The translations under genes were made by a program, and so were the position numbers. A stretch of DNA of 64,000 nt from a virus. Each line of letters starts with the position of its first letter. Position 1 is the stretch's first letter. Of this stretch, positions 37,283-47,336 are shown in pieces. The notes beneath the pieces are model-generated. The model saw only the letters and a list, made by a program, of their open reading frames with translations. It made no database searches and was not told where the DNA came from. The stretch lies in the UHGV virus genome UHGV-0277504. One strand, 5' to 3'.

Positions 37283-37549
37283 TTAGTCTATAAAATCATA
37301 CATTTGTTTAAAAATATCTGGTTTAACCGCATAAAACTCACCTTGTACACCTTTCACAACATAGTCTCCTTCAGATACTCCTAGAGTTCCTTCTAATGTA
37401 TCAATACCGAAAAGAATATCAAAATTAACCTCATCATAAAAAGGATGAGCTTTACCATTAGTCCAGTCACAAATTTCTTGTTTGTTTTCATCTCCATTAT
37501 ACTGAATATATTCAACTTCTACTGGTTTCTTTTTTGCTTTTTTAATCAT
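37283..37549 (-). CDS. hypothetical protein
   Basis: ORF track. Confidence 0.5.
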   Translation of the reverse strand: MIKKAKKKPVEVEYIQYNGDENKQEICDWTNGKAHPFYDEVNFDILFGIDTLEGTLGVSEGDYVVKGVQGEFYAVKPDIFKQMYDFID

Positions 37550-37958
37550 TGTTTATATCTCCTTTACTATCACATACATTCATGTAAATCAATGACATTG
37601 ACATATCTTCTTGTACTAAATACAAACATTTAGTCTTAAATTCATCTTGGTTATTTGTAAGAATTTCATTAATACTTCTATTACGGTGTATAGTAGAACA
37701 AACTTCTCCTGAATAAGTATTATAATATAATTCTAATATAACTTCTAACTTTGTTCCTTCAGTAATTTCTTCTTCAATCTCTACAGATATGTTACTATCT
37801 ATATTAAAGCAACCACTAACTGATATGTCTCCAAACATATCAAAACTAACTATATCTCCAAAATTATTTTTATAATCTTTTGAAGTTATATTATTTTCTT
37901 TTGCCCATTTAATTAGTTCATCTAAACTCATTGTAATTTCTTTTTTAATTTTAACCAC
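37542..37958 (-). CDS. hypothetical protein (paralog)
   Basis: ORF track. Confidence 0.5.
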   Translation of the reverse strand: MVKIKKEITMSLDELIKWAKENNITSKDYKNNFGDIVSFDMFGDISVSGCFNIDSNISVEIEEEITEGTKLEVILELYYNTYSGEVCSTIHRNRSINEILTNNQDEFKTKCLYLVQEDMSMSLIYMNVCDSKGDINND

Positions 37959-37982
37959 GGGTTATACCTCCTATATTTTTTA

Positions 37983-38159
37983 TTACCAACTTACTCTTTC
38001 TAATCGTTTTTGATAATATGGTAACTCATCATAGAATTCTCTAGCTTCTGTCTTCCAATAAAATCTTTTACCGTGTGACTTACCTTCATCATCAATCCAA
38101 ATTACATTCCATTCACTCATACTAAATGTATCTGTTAATTCTTTAATAATACCAAACAT
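37983..38159 (-). CDS. small 58-aa protein
   Basis: AAAGAGGTG SD; promoter just upstream. Confidence 0.35.
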   Translation of the reverse strand: MFGIIKELTDTFSMSEWNVIWIDDEGKSHGKRFYWKTEAREFYDELPYYQKRLERVSW

Positions 38160-38199
38160 TTTATTAACACCTCTTTATTAAGTTTTTGTTGTTAAGTTT

Positions 38200-38228
38200 A
38201 TTATAATATTAATATTGATAGATGTCAA
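38200..38228 (-). promoter_or_regulatory. sigma70-consensus promoter TTGACA-17-TATAAT (minus)
   Basis: rc. Confidence 0.65.
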
Positions 38229-38274
38229 CACTTTCTATAAATTTCTTTAAATTTTTGAAAAAATAAGAGTTATT

Positions 38275-38478
38275 TTAATCCTTCTTTTTAAACTTTAAAG
38301 TCACTACATCTCTAAAATGATTATTTCTTGTATGCGTTTCTGAAAGTTTATAATTAGTTATCATTTCAATAACTTCATAATCTACTAGGTTCAGACGAGA
38401 TATATGAATATTAGTTTCATCTTTTCCGTCAAATAATCTTTTTAATATTTTTATTGTTGGTTGCTCAAAGTTTTTCAC
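38275..38478 (-). CDS. hypothetical protein
   Basis: ORF track. Confidence 0.45.
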   Translation of the reverse strand: MKNFEQPTIKILKRLFDGKDETNIHISRLNLVDYEVIEMITNYKLSETHTRNNHFRDVVTLKFKKKD

Positions 38479-38531
38479 CTTTTAAAACCTCTTTCTTTTG
38501 ATAATTGATTTAAAATTCTATTTATAGTTTA

Positions 38532-38930
38532 TTAATGTTTCACCACTGGATAATGAATATCTTTTATTTTTAACGAGCATATACTGTAATAAAAATCACC
38601 ATTACCTGCATCTGCATAACATTCACCTTGTGCTATAGGGTTTTGGTTATGATATAAAACAACAGTAGCCAGACTTTCTGATTCAACACTCCATGTATCA
38701 AACTTTTGTTGTTCTCTCTCATTCTCTATTTTCACATTTGTAATAACTGCATCTAGTTTTACATTAGTCCATTCTCCACCAGCACTTGCACAACAATCTT
38801 GTTCACTTTCCACTATTTCTACAAGAGTGCCATCATCTAAAGTCAATGTTTTATCAGTCCATTCCTTGACTTTTTTATATAACAATTGTTTTTTTATTTC
38901 CTTAAATTCTTTATAATTAATTTTATACAT
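38532..38930 (-). CDS. hypothetical protein
   Basis: ORF track. Confidence 0.5.
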   Translation of the reverse strand: MYKINYKEFKEIKKQLLYKKVKEWTDKTLTLDDGTLVEIVESEQDCCASAGGEWTNVKLDAVITNVKIENEREQQKFDTWSVESESLATVVLYHNQNPIAQGECYADAGNGDFYYSICSLKIKDIHYPVVKH

Positions 38931-38958
38931 CTATATTCACTCCATACTTAGTATTTAT

Positions 38959-39312
38959 TTAGTGTTCTTCTATTTTTTCACTCATTGATTGAATAATGTG
39001 TAATACCGTAGTTGCTAAATCGTTTTTTACATCATCACCAGTATAAACATTAGCTAGTGTGTCGCAAAGCGGACATGTACCATAAAAATCCGATGTCGTT
39101 ATATCCGGAACACCATCTACTTTAGATTTGAAAGTACAAAATATTTGTCCTTGATAATCTCCTAAATATCTAACAATAGGTGTAGTATTATGTGTATCTT
39201 TTAAAACCAGTTCTCCTGCTAATTGATGTAAATCTTCATAATAATAATGATTATTAGTATCTATGTGCTTTTTAATTTCTTTTGTAGTGATTCCTTTAGC
39301 ATTTTCAATCAT
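38959..39312 (-). CDS. hypothetical protein
   Basis: ORF track. Confidence 0.5.
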   Translation of the reverse strand: MIENAKGITTKEIKKHIDTNNHYYYEDLHQLAGELVLKDTHNTTPIVRYLGDYQGQIFCTFKSKVDGVPDITTSDFYGTCPLCDTLANVYTGDDVKNDLATTVLHIIQSMSEKIEEH

Positions 39313-39315
39313 TTA

Positions 39316-39534
39316 TTATTCCTCCATGTTTTTTATAATATTAATTATATCTAAGTACATATTAATATATTTATCCATTAATTTTAATTGTTTTTGGTAT
39401 AAATCTGTATCTATAGTTGAATCTATACTACAACATTGAGCTATAAAATCTTCTTTATAATTAACAATATTGGAAAGTTCCTTAAGTAATACTTCTATCG
39501 GTTCTCTTACATACGTTAATTTACTTTCGACCAT
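39316..39534 (-). CDS. hypothetical protein
   Basis: ORF track. Confidence 0.45.
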   Translation of the reverse strand: MVESKLTYVREPIEVLLKELSNIVNYKEDFIAQCCSIDSTIDTDLYQKQLKLMDKYINMYLDIINIIKNMEE

Positions 39535-39554
39535 AATTGTGTTACTAACACTCC

Positions 39555-39848
39555 TTATTCAACTTCAAATCCATTTTTAACTAGTTCTTTTCTGAAATAC
39601 TTAACTGCTTCTACTGCTTCATTATAAGTATTTATATGTTCTTCCATTTCTTCTAATGCAAGAACACAAGGACTACTTGTTCCAATTTTGAAATATGTTT
39701 CTACATCCATATCACTTTTACCATAACCGTGAATATCTGTATGAGGTTTTGTTCTATCAATAGGTGTTACTTTAAGGATTCTAATATACTCACTCCCTAA
39801 TACTGTTAATTTATAGTTACCAAATTCCGTTTCAAATTGTTTTTCCAT
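39555..39848 (-). CDS. hypothetical protein
   Basis: ORF track. Confidence 0.5.
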   Translation of the reverse strand: MEKQFETEFGNYKLTVLGSEYIRILKVTPIDRTKPHTDIHGYGKSDMDVETYFKIGTSSPCVLALEEMEEHINTYNEAVEAVKYFRKELVKNGFEVE

Positions 39849-39936
39849 AATATCAATCTCCTTTTTACTTGTTAAATCAATCTTAACATATAAAAATTAT
39901 AATGTCAACAGCTAAATAAAAAAAGGAGTAGTTTTT

Positions 39937-40437
39937 CTACTTCTTTATTATACTAATATCTAAAAAATCATTATCTCTTATTTTATGGTTTTTAATATTA
40001 ATATTTTTATTATTTTCAAGACTAATTTTATCTCCTGATTCTATGTTTTTACTGTGTCTAGAATTAATAACATACAATTCATTTTTTGCATCTTTAAAGT
40101 ATATTTTTTGCTCTATTGCATCTCTATCATCTACTTTTGGTTCAAAGTTTTCTACTTCTGTTACTTTAGTATAACCTTTTGTTTCATAAATTTTATCTTT
40201 TACAAGTAAATAATTCATTGTTAAACCAAAGATAATAACACCAAATACTAATGGAGGTACAACTATAGAATGAAGTATAAAAGATGAAGATAATTTTATT
40301 TTTTCTACACTTAAAAAGAATATTGAAAAAACAATAATAGCAAATATAGATATAGTAATACCTTCTATAATAAGGTCAGTATTAAAGTTTTCTTTTAAAA
40401 ACTCAAAATAACCTATATCTACTTTATTTATATCCAT
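39937..40437 (-). CDS. membrane protein (2 TM)
   Basis: ORF track. Confidence 0.5.
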   Translation of the reverse strand: MDINKVDIGYFEFLKENFNTDLIIEGITISIFAIIVFSIFFLSVEKIKLSSSFILHSIVVPPLVFGVIIFGLTMNYLLVKDKIYETKGYTKVTEVENFEPKVDDRDAIEQKIYFKDAKNELYVINSRHSKNIESGDKISLENNKNINIKNHKIRDNDFLDISIIKK

Positions 40438-40438
40438 A

Positions 40439-40696
40439 TTAAATCCTCCTTATACTTTTTAGTAACTCATTATACTCATAAGCATTCCCTTTAACTTTTG
40501 AATGTTCTAATAACGATACAATAGAATTTGAACTAGACTCACTTTCAAAGTCTTCTGTTGAAACATCTGTATGCTTAATTCTAAAATCAGATAAGTAGAT
40601 ACGCTCTTTTCCACCTACTAAATCAACATTAACTACAGCACAATAATCAATGAATTCTTTGTTTATTGTATTCCAAACTATATATTTAAAAGTCAT
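40439..40696 (-). CDS. hypothetical protein
   Basis: ORF track. Confidence 0.45.
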   Translation of the reverse strand: MTFKYIVWNTINKEFIDYCAVVNVDLVGGKERIYLSDFRIKHTDVSTEDFESESSSNSIVSLLEHSKVKGNAYEYNELLKSIRRI

Positions 40697-40721
40697 TTAT
40701 ATTTAACTCCTTTTTTAATTA

Positions 40722-40922
40722 CTACTGATTAGGTAAACCAGCTTCTAGACATTCATTGTATGCTCTTTCGTTATCAATTTCTGTTCTATAATAATCAATA
40801 ATTTGTCCTATTTCAAGATGTGTCATTCTATTAATTTCACTCGCTTTATATATTTCCTCATTTCTTAAACCATATTCTTTTTGTAATCCTTGTACATACT
40901 TAATTTGTTTCTTTGTAGCCAT
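40722..40922 (-). CDS. hypothetical protein
   Basis: ORF track. Confidence 0.45.
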   Translation of the reverse strand: MATKKQIKYVQGLQKEYGLRNEEIYKASEINRMTHLEIGQIIDYYRTEIDNERAYNECLEAGLPNQ

Positions 40923-40937
40923 TATAAACTAACTCCT

Positions 40938-41483
40938 TTACAAATTTAATTTTTTCATAAGTTTTTCAAAATCATTTAAACCATCTAATTCATCCATATT
41001 CTTAATATCTTGTTTTAAAATACTTAATGTTCGTTCTATTGGTTGAGCTACATAACTAAAATCTTCAACTTCTTTTAACTTCTCATAACCATATTTATAA
41101 GCACTTATTTTTTCTTCTTTGTATTTAAACCATATATCTTTATACCTATTATTTTCTTCCTTATCGATATCCTTTTTATATACTAGTTCTTTAATGATTT
41201 GTGTATAATCTAAAACTGAATCATCACTTGAAAAACTAGTTAAAGAATCATTGTTAATTTCATCAACATCTATGTTTTTTGTTATTTTTGACCAATCTTC
41301 CTTACTCAATGTTGTTGTATATTCTCTGCTTTTATCTCCCATAGAATTAGGTGGTTCTACAATATGAGCAAATCGACAATCTTTATTCATACATACCAAA
41401 TACGTTACACTTGTTGTTACACTTTCTACTTTATTACGCCCGCAATTAGGACAGTAATTATAATATCTTACCATTTTCATCAT
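40938..41483 (-). CDS. zinc-ribbon protein
   Basis: CPNCG...C..C. Confidence 0.5.
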   Translation of the reverse strand: MMKMVRYYNYCPNCGRNKVESVTTSVTYLVCMNKDCRFAHIVEPPNSMGDKSREYTTTLSKEDWSKITKNIDVDEINNDSLTSFSSDDSVLDYTQIIKELVYKKDIDKEENNRYKDIWFKYKEEKISAYKYGYEKLKEVEDFSYVAQPIERTLSILKQDIKNMDELDGLNDFEKLMKKLNL

Positions 41484-41890
41484 TCCTTTATTGTTTTAAT
41501 TATTATTACTATAACAGCTATTACAATAATTGTCAAGATAATGTATAGAAATAATATTGGATGAATAATACATAAAGATAATATTGAAAATGCACAACCA
41601 CATAATACATCATACAACAATAATTTATACCATTTAACTTTTTCTTCCTCATTAAAATAACCAAGAAAAACAATAGGTATACCAAAGACAGAAAAAAACC
41701 AAACCATAGCTGGTATGGTTAAAAAATATGATTGAATATTGAAATGATTTAATAGTAAACTAGGGAGTATTGCAATAAAGGATATTACACCAATTGTAAT
41801 GGCAAGTATAATCAAAACTAATAATACTAATATTAAAGGTAATAGTAAGTATTCCCACAAATTTTTAAATAATCTTTTAATAAAATTCAT
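41480..41890 (-). CDS. polytopic membrane protein
   Basis: ORF track. Confidence 0.5.
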   Translation of the reverse strand: MNFIKRLFKNLWEYLLLPLILVLLVLIILAITIGVISFIAILPSLLLNHFNIQSYFLTIPAMVWFFSVFGIPIVFLGYFNEEEKVKWYKLLLYDVLCGCAFSILSLCIIHPILFLYIILTIIVIAVIVIIIKTIKE

Positions 41891-41913
41891 ATTTTCCTCC
41901 TATAATGTGTATC

Positions 41914-42150
41914 TTACCCTGCATCATAATGATTATCATTTAAATCATAATCGGCATCTTTAGGTCTAACCCTATCCCAATTTACACTTGCTTTAAACTT
42001 AGGTCGAAAATCCCCATTCCCATCAGCATATATAGAAACTGTTCTTGATGCGCCTAAGTCACCTAAATACTCCATCTTATCTAGCATTGACATAAATTCA
42101 TTAACCCATCTTTCTTCCATTTCAACTTCAATTGTAAATTTCTTTTTCAT
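41914..42150 (-). CDS. hypothetical protein
   Basis: ORF track. Confidence 0.45.
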   Translation of the reverse strand: MKKKFTIEVEMEERWVNEFMSMLDKMEYLGDLGASRTVSIYADGNGDFRPKFKASVNWDRVRPKDADYDLNDNHYDAG

Positions 42151-42176
42151 AATTATTTCCTCCTATAAAATGTATG

Positions 42177-42683
42177 TTATTCCCAGAAACCCCACTCATT
42201 ACTTTCTTTTTCTTTTATGGTATAGTCATAACTAACCTCAAAATTCTCACTATCAAGAAATTCTTTTAGCCTTTTCTTCCGATTTATTAAAACATGTAGA
42301 TTTCCATTCTTAGCAATTTGCGTGTCTTGATAACTATTTAAGTACTCGTTATCCCAATTCCAATCTACAAAATACTCCTCTTTTGAATTATCATCATATG
42401 CAACTTCTACACTTGCTATATCTGCATGTTGAATTAGTCTTTTAGAACAACTAAGGCTTTCTTCATCTTCTTCATCAAATAGACCTAAAGTTTTAATCGT
42501 TTCTGGATTAATAATATCAAAATAGATACTATTAGCAGTTTGGAGCTTAGCAATGCTATTGATTGCATTTCGTCTTACACTTATATCTATATCCGCAATA
42601 ATTATATTTGCTAAATGCTTGGTTGGAATCTTGATGTACTCACAATTTTCTAAAACTAATACTATTTCTTTTACTTTTGTCAT
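42177..42683 (-). CDS. hypothetical protein
   Basis: ORF track. Confidence 0.5.
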   Translation of the reverse strand: MTKVKEIVLVLENCEYIKIPTKHLANIIIADIDISVRRNAINSIAKLQTANSIYFDIINPETIKTLGLFDEEDEESLSCSKRLIQHADIASVEVAYDDNSKEEYFVDWNWDNEYLNSYQDTQIAKNGNLHVLINRKKRLKEFLDSENFEVSYDYTIKEKESNEWGFWE

Positions 42684-42698
42684 ATTTTATTCTACTCC

Positions 42699-42860
42699 TT
42701 ATAAAATGTGTGTTTTAACGCCACTCTTTTCTTCAAAAAGTATCAATATATCTAAGTCTCCTATCGCACTAAACATTAAATTTCTAAAATGTTTCTTTTC
42801 ATCTGTTGACATATTTTCAACATCTCTCATCAGTTCTTTAAATATTTTTTCATAATCCAT
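42699..42860 (-). CDS. small ~53-aa protein
   Basis: GGAGGAG SD. Confidence 0.3.
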   Translation of the reverse strand: MDYEKIFKELMRDVENMSTDEKKHFRNLMFSAIGDLDILILFEEKSGVKTHIL

Positions 42861-42886
42861 AATTACTCCTCCTAAAAGTTTTCTAG

Positions 42887-43195
42887 TTAAGTTAAATCAA
42901 TTTTATATAACTTCTTATTAATTTTATGTTCTTCAAATTTAAAACCTACACCCTTCTCGTAAAATCCCTCTAACTTAACTTCTACTGTCTTAGGGCTTAA
43001 AACATATCTAGTGCCTAAAGAATCTTCATAACTACCTTTAGTTTCAAGTAGTATTGTTCCTTTTTTTAGTAGGGTATGACAACCATGATTAGAGTATATA
43101 TCTTCTTTAACTACTTTATATTCTTCTATTTTGTTATCTAATAACCAACTATACATACTTTCTAGCACAATAGAATCTACATTTTTAACTATCAT
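42887..43195 (-). CDS. hypothetical protein
   Basis: ORF track. Confidence 0.5.
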   Translation of the reverse strand: MIVKNVDSIVLESMYSWLLDNKIEEYKVVKEDIYSNHGCHTLLKKGTILLETKGSYEDSLGTRYVLSPKTVEVKLEGFYEKGVGFKFEEHKINKKLYKIDLT

Positions 43196-43329
43196 AACTA
43201 GCTCCTCCTATAAAATAATTCTTTTAATTAATTTTTTAATTTTATTAGTGTATCTAAATACTGTTTTAATCTATTAAAATAAATATCTTCTACATAATGT
43301 GCAGGAAGTGTCAAAGTTACTTTACTTCA

Positions 43330-43497
43330 TTACGTTATCACATATGTGCTACCTGAATGATTTAAACCTATTACCTTATCTTCAAATTTCTCAATGATTA
43401 ACAAAGGTAATTCTCCACCGATTTCATTACCTTTAAAAAATACTGATACAAAATCTCTTATTTCTAAATTATTAATATCTTTAATTTTCTCATTCAT
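43330..43497 (-). CDS. small 55-aa protein
   Basis: AAGGATG SD. Confidence 0.25.
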   Translation of the reverse strand: MNEKIKDINNLEIRDFVSVFFKGNEIGGELPLLIIEKFEDKVIGLNHSGSTYVIT

Positions 43498-43526
43498 AAC
43501 ATTTTCATCCTTATAAAATGTATGTT

Positions 43527-44036
43527 TTAAATTCTTTCAATTGTATCAGTGTTTAAATTCAAACAATATTTTACCTTTTTATCTAGTCCTCCTTTAGTGA
43601 AACCCTCGGATGTTCCTTGCCCTTGCATATAAAAATACTTAAACAGTTCATTATTGTATCGTAAGTATATATCCATACCGAAATATGTTTCAATATAAAA
43701 TGGAGGATATTCCATCACATTATCATTGTAAAAGTTATTGATATACTTACAAATAGATTCTAACTCTTGATGCATAAACTCTTCACTTGAATATAGATGT
43801 TTATACTTATCTTTATAGAGATACAGAATATCTTCTGTTGAGATACTTCCGAGTATCTCAATTGTCTCAGTAAACATTTTATTTAAATCAAAATCTTTGT
43901 TTTTAGCTTTCTTTAAAATTAAATTTCTTCTATTTTCTTTTTCTTTTAATCCATTATTAATGCTTTCTATTTGTTCATCAGTCATATTTGATATATTTTT
44001 CAATATTTTATCAAATTTGTCATCTATATTACTCAT
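43527..44036 (-). CDS. hypothetical protein
   Basis: ORF track. Confidence 0.5.
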   Translation of the reverse strand: MSNIDDKFDKILKNISNMTDEQIESINNGLKEKENRRNLILKKAKNKDFDLNKMFTETIEILGSISTEDILYLYKDKYKHLYSSEEFMHQELESICKYINNFYNDNVMEYPPFYIETYFGMDIYLRYNNELFKYFYMQGQGTSEGFTKGGLDKKVKYCLNLNTDTIERI

Positions 44037-44068
44037 ATAGTATCGCTCCTTATAAAATGATTCTTTTA

Positions 44069-44263
44069 TTACCTCATATATTTATTCCTATTTACTGTAC
44101 TTGGTTTTGGTAGCTTATCAATGTCATATTGCTTTACATCTTCATGCATATATGTTTTTAATAATTTATCATTCTTTATAATGTATTTGCTATAATCTTT
44201 ACTACTATTAAATTCTAAATGGCTTTTATCTTTTAAATTTTCTTTTTTCTTACCTTTTTCCAT
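44069..44263 (-). CDS. hypothetical basic protein
   Basis: ORF track. Confidence 0.45.
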   Translation of the reverse strand: MEKGKKKENLKDKSHLEFNSSKDYSKYIIKNDKLLKTYMHEDVKQYDIDKLPKPSTVNRNKYMR

Positions 44264-44338
44264 ATTTAAAACTCCTTTACTTTATTGTAGTCTAAGTATA
44301 TAACAAAAAACACCCAGTGTCAAGGGTGTTTTTATAAT

Positions 44339-45448
44339 TTATTCAATATATTCAATATTATCTTTAGTTTCTAATATACCTTTTGCTGTATTATATACTA
44401 ACTCAGGTTTATCTTCGACATCAAATGGAACAATGTTTTTACTTTTATCAAGTTCAAACTTTATTTTACTCATTAAGTCTTTAAAACCTACAAAATAACC
44501 TTTTCTTTCATCTAGATTATTCTTTTGATACGTGTATGTTCTATCAAAAGGTTTAACAAAGAATCTATAAGTATTTCTGCCTTTAACATAGTTAAATGAT
44601 ATTGCGTGACTTTCATAATATCTAATACTTGTTTCTTGTAAGATATAACCATTAATAGGTATTTTTGTAATACTATCAAAAGCATCTTGGAAATCAGATA
44701 AATCATATAATAAGTCATTTGTATAAGATTTAATAGTTTCTAATACATTATTTTCAGTAACAAATACGTATTTTAAATCACGAGTAGTAAAACTAGGAAT
44801 ACATATAGCTTCTTTAACATCTCTAAAATTCCCTTTAGAAGATAATATTATTTCATTTATTTTTTGTTCTCTATCAGGAACTAATCCTATAATTAAAGGT
44901 ATATTATTATATTTCAATTCTACATTAATACTCTGACTTTCTATAATATATGGTTTAACTATTTCTTTAATTTTTTGAAAACTTTTGATTTTATTCTCTA
45001 CAGAAGTTATATTATAGTTTATTTCTTTAAAAATAGAACTTAATGCTTTATGTGCTTTATAACCATCTAAAGTATAATCCAAATCATAAATACTCATTAA
45101 AAAATAAGATAAAACTTTTTTGTTTAAGCTATTATAAATTTCTAGATTTAAACTAGGATTTTTATACGAACAATCTAGTTTTAGTAAAAATTTAAAATTT
45201 TCATGTCCGTATTTACGTGTACGTTCAAGACTATACTTAGAGTAGTCACTAACTTCTACTAAATCAAAGTCCAAATCTTCTTTGATTTTATTTACTAAAC
45301 TTTTAGCAATATCATACTTGGAAAATAGGAACATATCATCTTTTTTCTTTATTGTTGGTTCTGGTTTAGACTCGAGAAATGCAAAAATTACACTAAAAAT
45401 AACTAAAAAAACTACGAAAACTATCATCATACCTAATACAATTTTCAT
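44339..45448 (-). CDS. membrane-anchored protein (N-terminal TM)
   Basis: ORF track. Confidence 0.55.
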   Translation of the reverse strand: MKIVLGMMIVFVVFLVIFSVIFAFLESKPEPTIKKKDDMFLFSKYDIAKSLVNKIKEDLDFDLVEVSDYSKYSLERTRKYGHENFKFLLKLDCSYKNPSLNLEIYNSLNKKVLSYFLMSIYDLDYTLDGYKAHKALSSIFKEINYNITSVENKIKSFQKIKEIVKPYIIESQSINVELKYNNIPLIIGLVPDREQKINEIILSSKGNFRDVKEAICIPSFTTRDLKYVFVTENNVLETIKSYTNDLLYDLSDFQDAFDSITKIPINGYILQETSIRYYESHAISFNYVKGRNTYRFFVKPFDRTYTYQKNNLDERKGYFVGFKDLMSKIKFELDKSKNIVPFDVEDKPELVYNTAKGILETKDNIEYIE

Positions 45449-45501
45449 TATTTATACACTCCTTTGTAATTATTTTCATTAGTATCTTCTCCTTTTATTT
45501 T

Positions 45502-46011
45502 TTATGAAAATACATCTTTCATTTTGTTATAAGCATCTAATAGTTTATTATATTTTTGTTTAGAAATAGTTACTTTTTCTTGTATACTTGATTTTTTAAA
45601 ATGTTCTTCATAATCTCGTTTACAAGGTCTAACAATATAATCAATTTGTTTCTTTGGAAAGAGGTGTTTTTCTACGGGTTTATTTCCTTTACCATCTCTA
45701 TTTTGAGTAATAACAGCTACGTTATCAAAATTATGGTTGTAAACAATGATACCATTGAATCCAAATATAGATATTTTTTCTGATACAAATATATCCCCTT
45801 CTCTATAATCGTCAGTTTTTAATAATTCTTTGGACTTAATGATTTTCCAAGAATTAGGTAATTTCTCGTATTTCATTCTACTAGCATTTAACTTAGTTGT
45901 ATATTTATTTAAAGTTAATCGTTTTACATAATTAGATACTAGATTTGTGGATTGGTACCCATTAATATTGTTACTTTTTATAAATTTTCCTACGTAATCA
46001 TTTAAATACAT
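45502..46011 (-). CDS. hypothetical protein
   Basis: ORF track. Confidence 0.5.
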   Translation of the reverse strand: MYLNDYVGKFIKSNNINGYQSTNLVSNYVKRLTLNKYTTKLNASRMKYEKLPNSWKIIKSKELLKTDDYREGDIFVSEKISIFGFNGIIVYNHNFDNVAVITQNRDGKGNKPVEKHLFPKKQIDYIVRPCKRDYEEHFKKSSIQEKVTISKQKYNKLLDAYNKMKDVFS

Positions 46012-46217
46012 GTTTTATTTTCTCCTTTATAAATTTTCTAAATGGTATTTGTAAGAACGTTTTACTTTGTTTAGCTCTTCTAATGCTTTATTTAAACATA
46101 CAGTATTGATAAGACCATTAGTGTCTAATTTTAAGTACTCTACATCAGTAATAATTCTTTCTAAAGAATTCACATACTCCTTTAATTGCTCTTCACTTTC
46201 CATTATATAACTCCTTT

Positions 46218-46406
46218 CTATATACCTAATGCTATTAAGATAAGGCTTACTAAGATAAGCACTACCATAATTAACATTATTAATAGAGGTATGGCTTCTT
46301 CTTTATTTCCATCTTTAAATAGTTTAATTACTTCTACTAAAACACTAAAACAAATAGCTAAGTAAAATAAAGCTAATACACTTGCTAAAATAATAAAACC
46401 TATCAC
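46218..46406 (-). CDS. small membrane protein (GTG start)
   Basis: AAGGAGG SD. Confidence 0.45.
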   Translation of the reverse strand: MIGFIILASVLALFYLAICFSVLVEVIKLFKDGNKEEAIPLLIMLIMVVLILVSLILIALGI

Positions 46407-46435
46407 TTTTACTCCTCCTTATTTATTATATATAA

Positions 46436-46464
46436 ACTATAACATAAAAAAAGACCCCTGTCAA
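46436..46464 (-). promoter_or_regulatory. promoter TTGACA-17-TATAGT whose -35 lies inside upstream terminator hairpin; heads the 46406->33645 gene train
   Basis: rc. Confidence 0.5.
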
Positions 46465-46472
46465 TAGGGGTC
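46444..46472 (-). terminator. rho-independent terminator GACCCCTATTGACAGGGGTC + T7 (minus)
   Basis: read directly. Confidence 0.65.
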
Positions 46473-46523
46473 AGTAAAAAATTTTAATACTATTTTAGAT
46501 TAACAATCGGTTCTTTATCTATA

Positions 46524-47336
46524 TTATTTATGTCTCATATCTAATATAGCATTTCCTGAATCTGGTAATGTGATAGGTGTATCACCTTTCCATTTTTCAA
46601 TAAGTTGTTTTTGTAGTAACTCATCTGTTAATGATTCTTCTACAATTTCATTTGCTTTCTTAGTACCTTTTGCTTCAATTTCTTTACGTTCAGCTTCTTC
46701 TTTAGCAATTTGTTTGTCAACTTTCTTTCTCTCTAATTCTTGATTTGCTTTAACACGACTGTCAATTGCTTTTTGAGTATTTTTATCTGCTTTTGGAGAA
46801 CTTAAAGCAATATCTTCAACAATAAAACCTTGACCTTTAAGATTTTCTTCAAGTTTATCTAAAGTAGATTTTTTAATTTCACTTGTTTTAACACCGAAAG
46901 CATCAATTACTGAGTATTTAGAAACAGATTGACGTACGTTATCTTGTACTCTTGAACGTAAATAACCTTTTTCTAGCTGTTCAATATCTGCACTACCAAA
47001 ACGATTAAATAATTCAACTGCTTTTGAGCTATCAACTTTATAGTTTACATCAATATCTAAATTAAGGTTTTTACCATCTGACGTTGATACATTCATATCT
47101 TTGTAGCTGATAGTTTGTGTTCTTGTAGGATATTCATTTACTCTGTTCATAGGTGCTACTAAGTGCCAGCCAGGACTTAGAGTATTATCCTTAACACCTT
47201 TAGGTGAGTATACAACACCTACTGTTCCTTGCGGTACTCTTTCAATACTTAGAAACGCAATTATAATTGCTACAACAATAATAATACCGCCTATAGTTAA
47301 TCCTAAACCTGCTTTTACTTTACTTTCCATAATCAT
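46524..47336 (-). CDS. SPFH/band-7 (prohibitin/stomatin-like) domain membrane protein
   Basis: N-terminal TM then ERVPQGTVGVVYSP...GWHLVAP...V.EYPTRTQT SPFH pattern; coiled-coil tail. Confidence 0.65.
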   Translation of the reverse strand: MIMESKVKAGLGLTIGGIIIVVAIIIAFLSIERVPQGTVGVVYSPKGVKDNTLSPGWHLVAPMNRVNEYPTRTQTISYKDMNVSTSDGKNLNLDIDVNYKVDSSKAVELFNRFGSADIEQLEKGYLRSRVQDNVRQSVSKYSVIDAFGVKTSEIKKSTLDKLEENLKGQGFIVEDIALSSPKADKNTQKAIDSRVKANQELERKKVDKQIAKEEAERKEIEAKGTKKANEIVEESLTDELLQKQLIEKWKGDTPITLPDSGNAILDMRHK

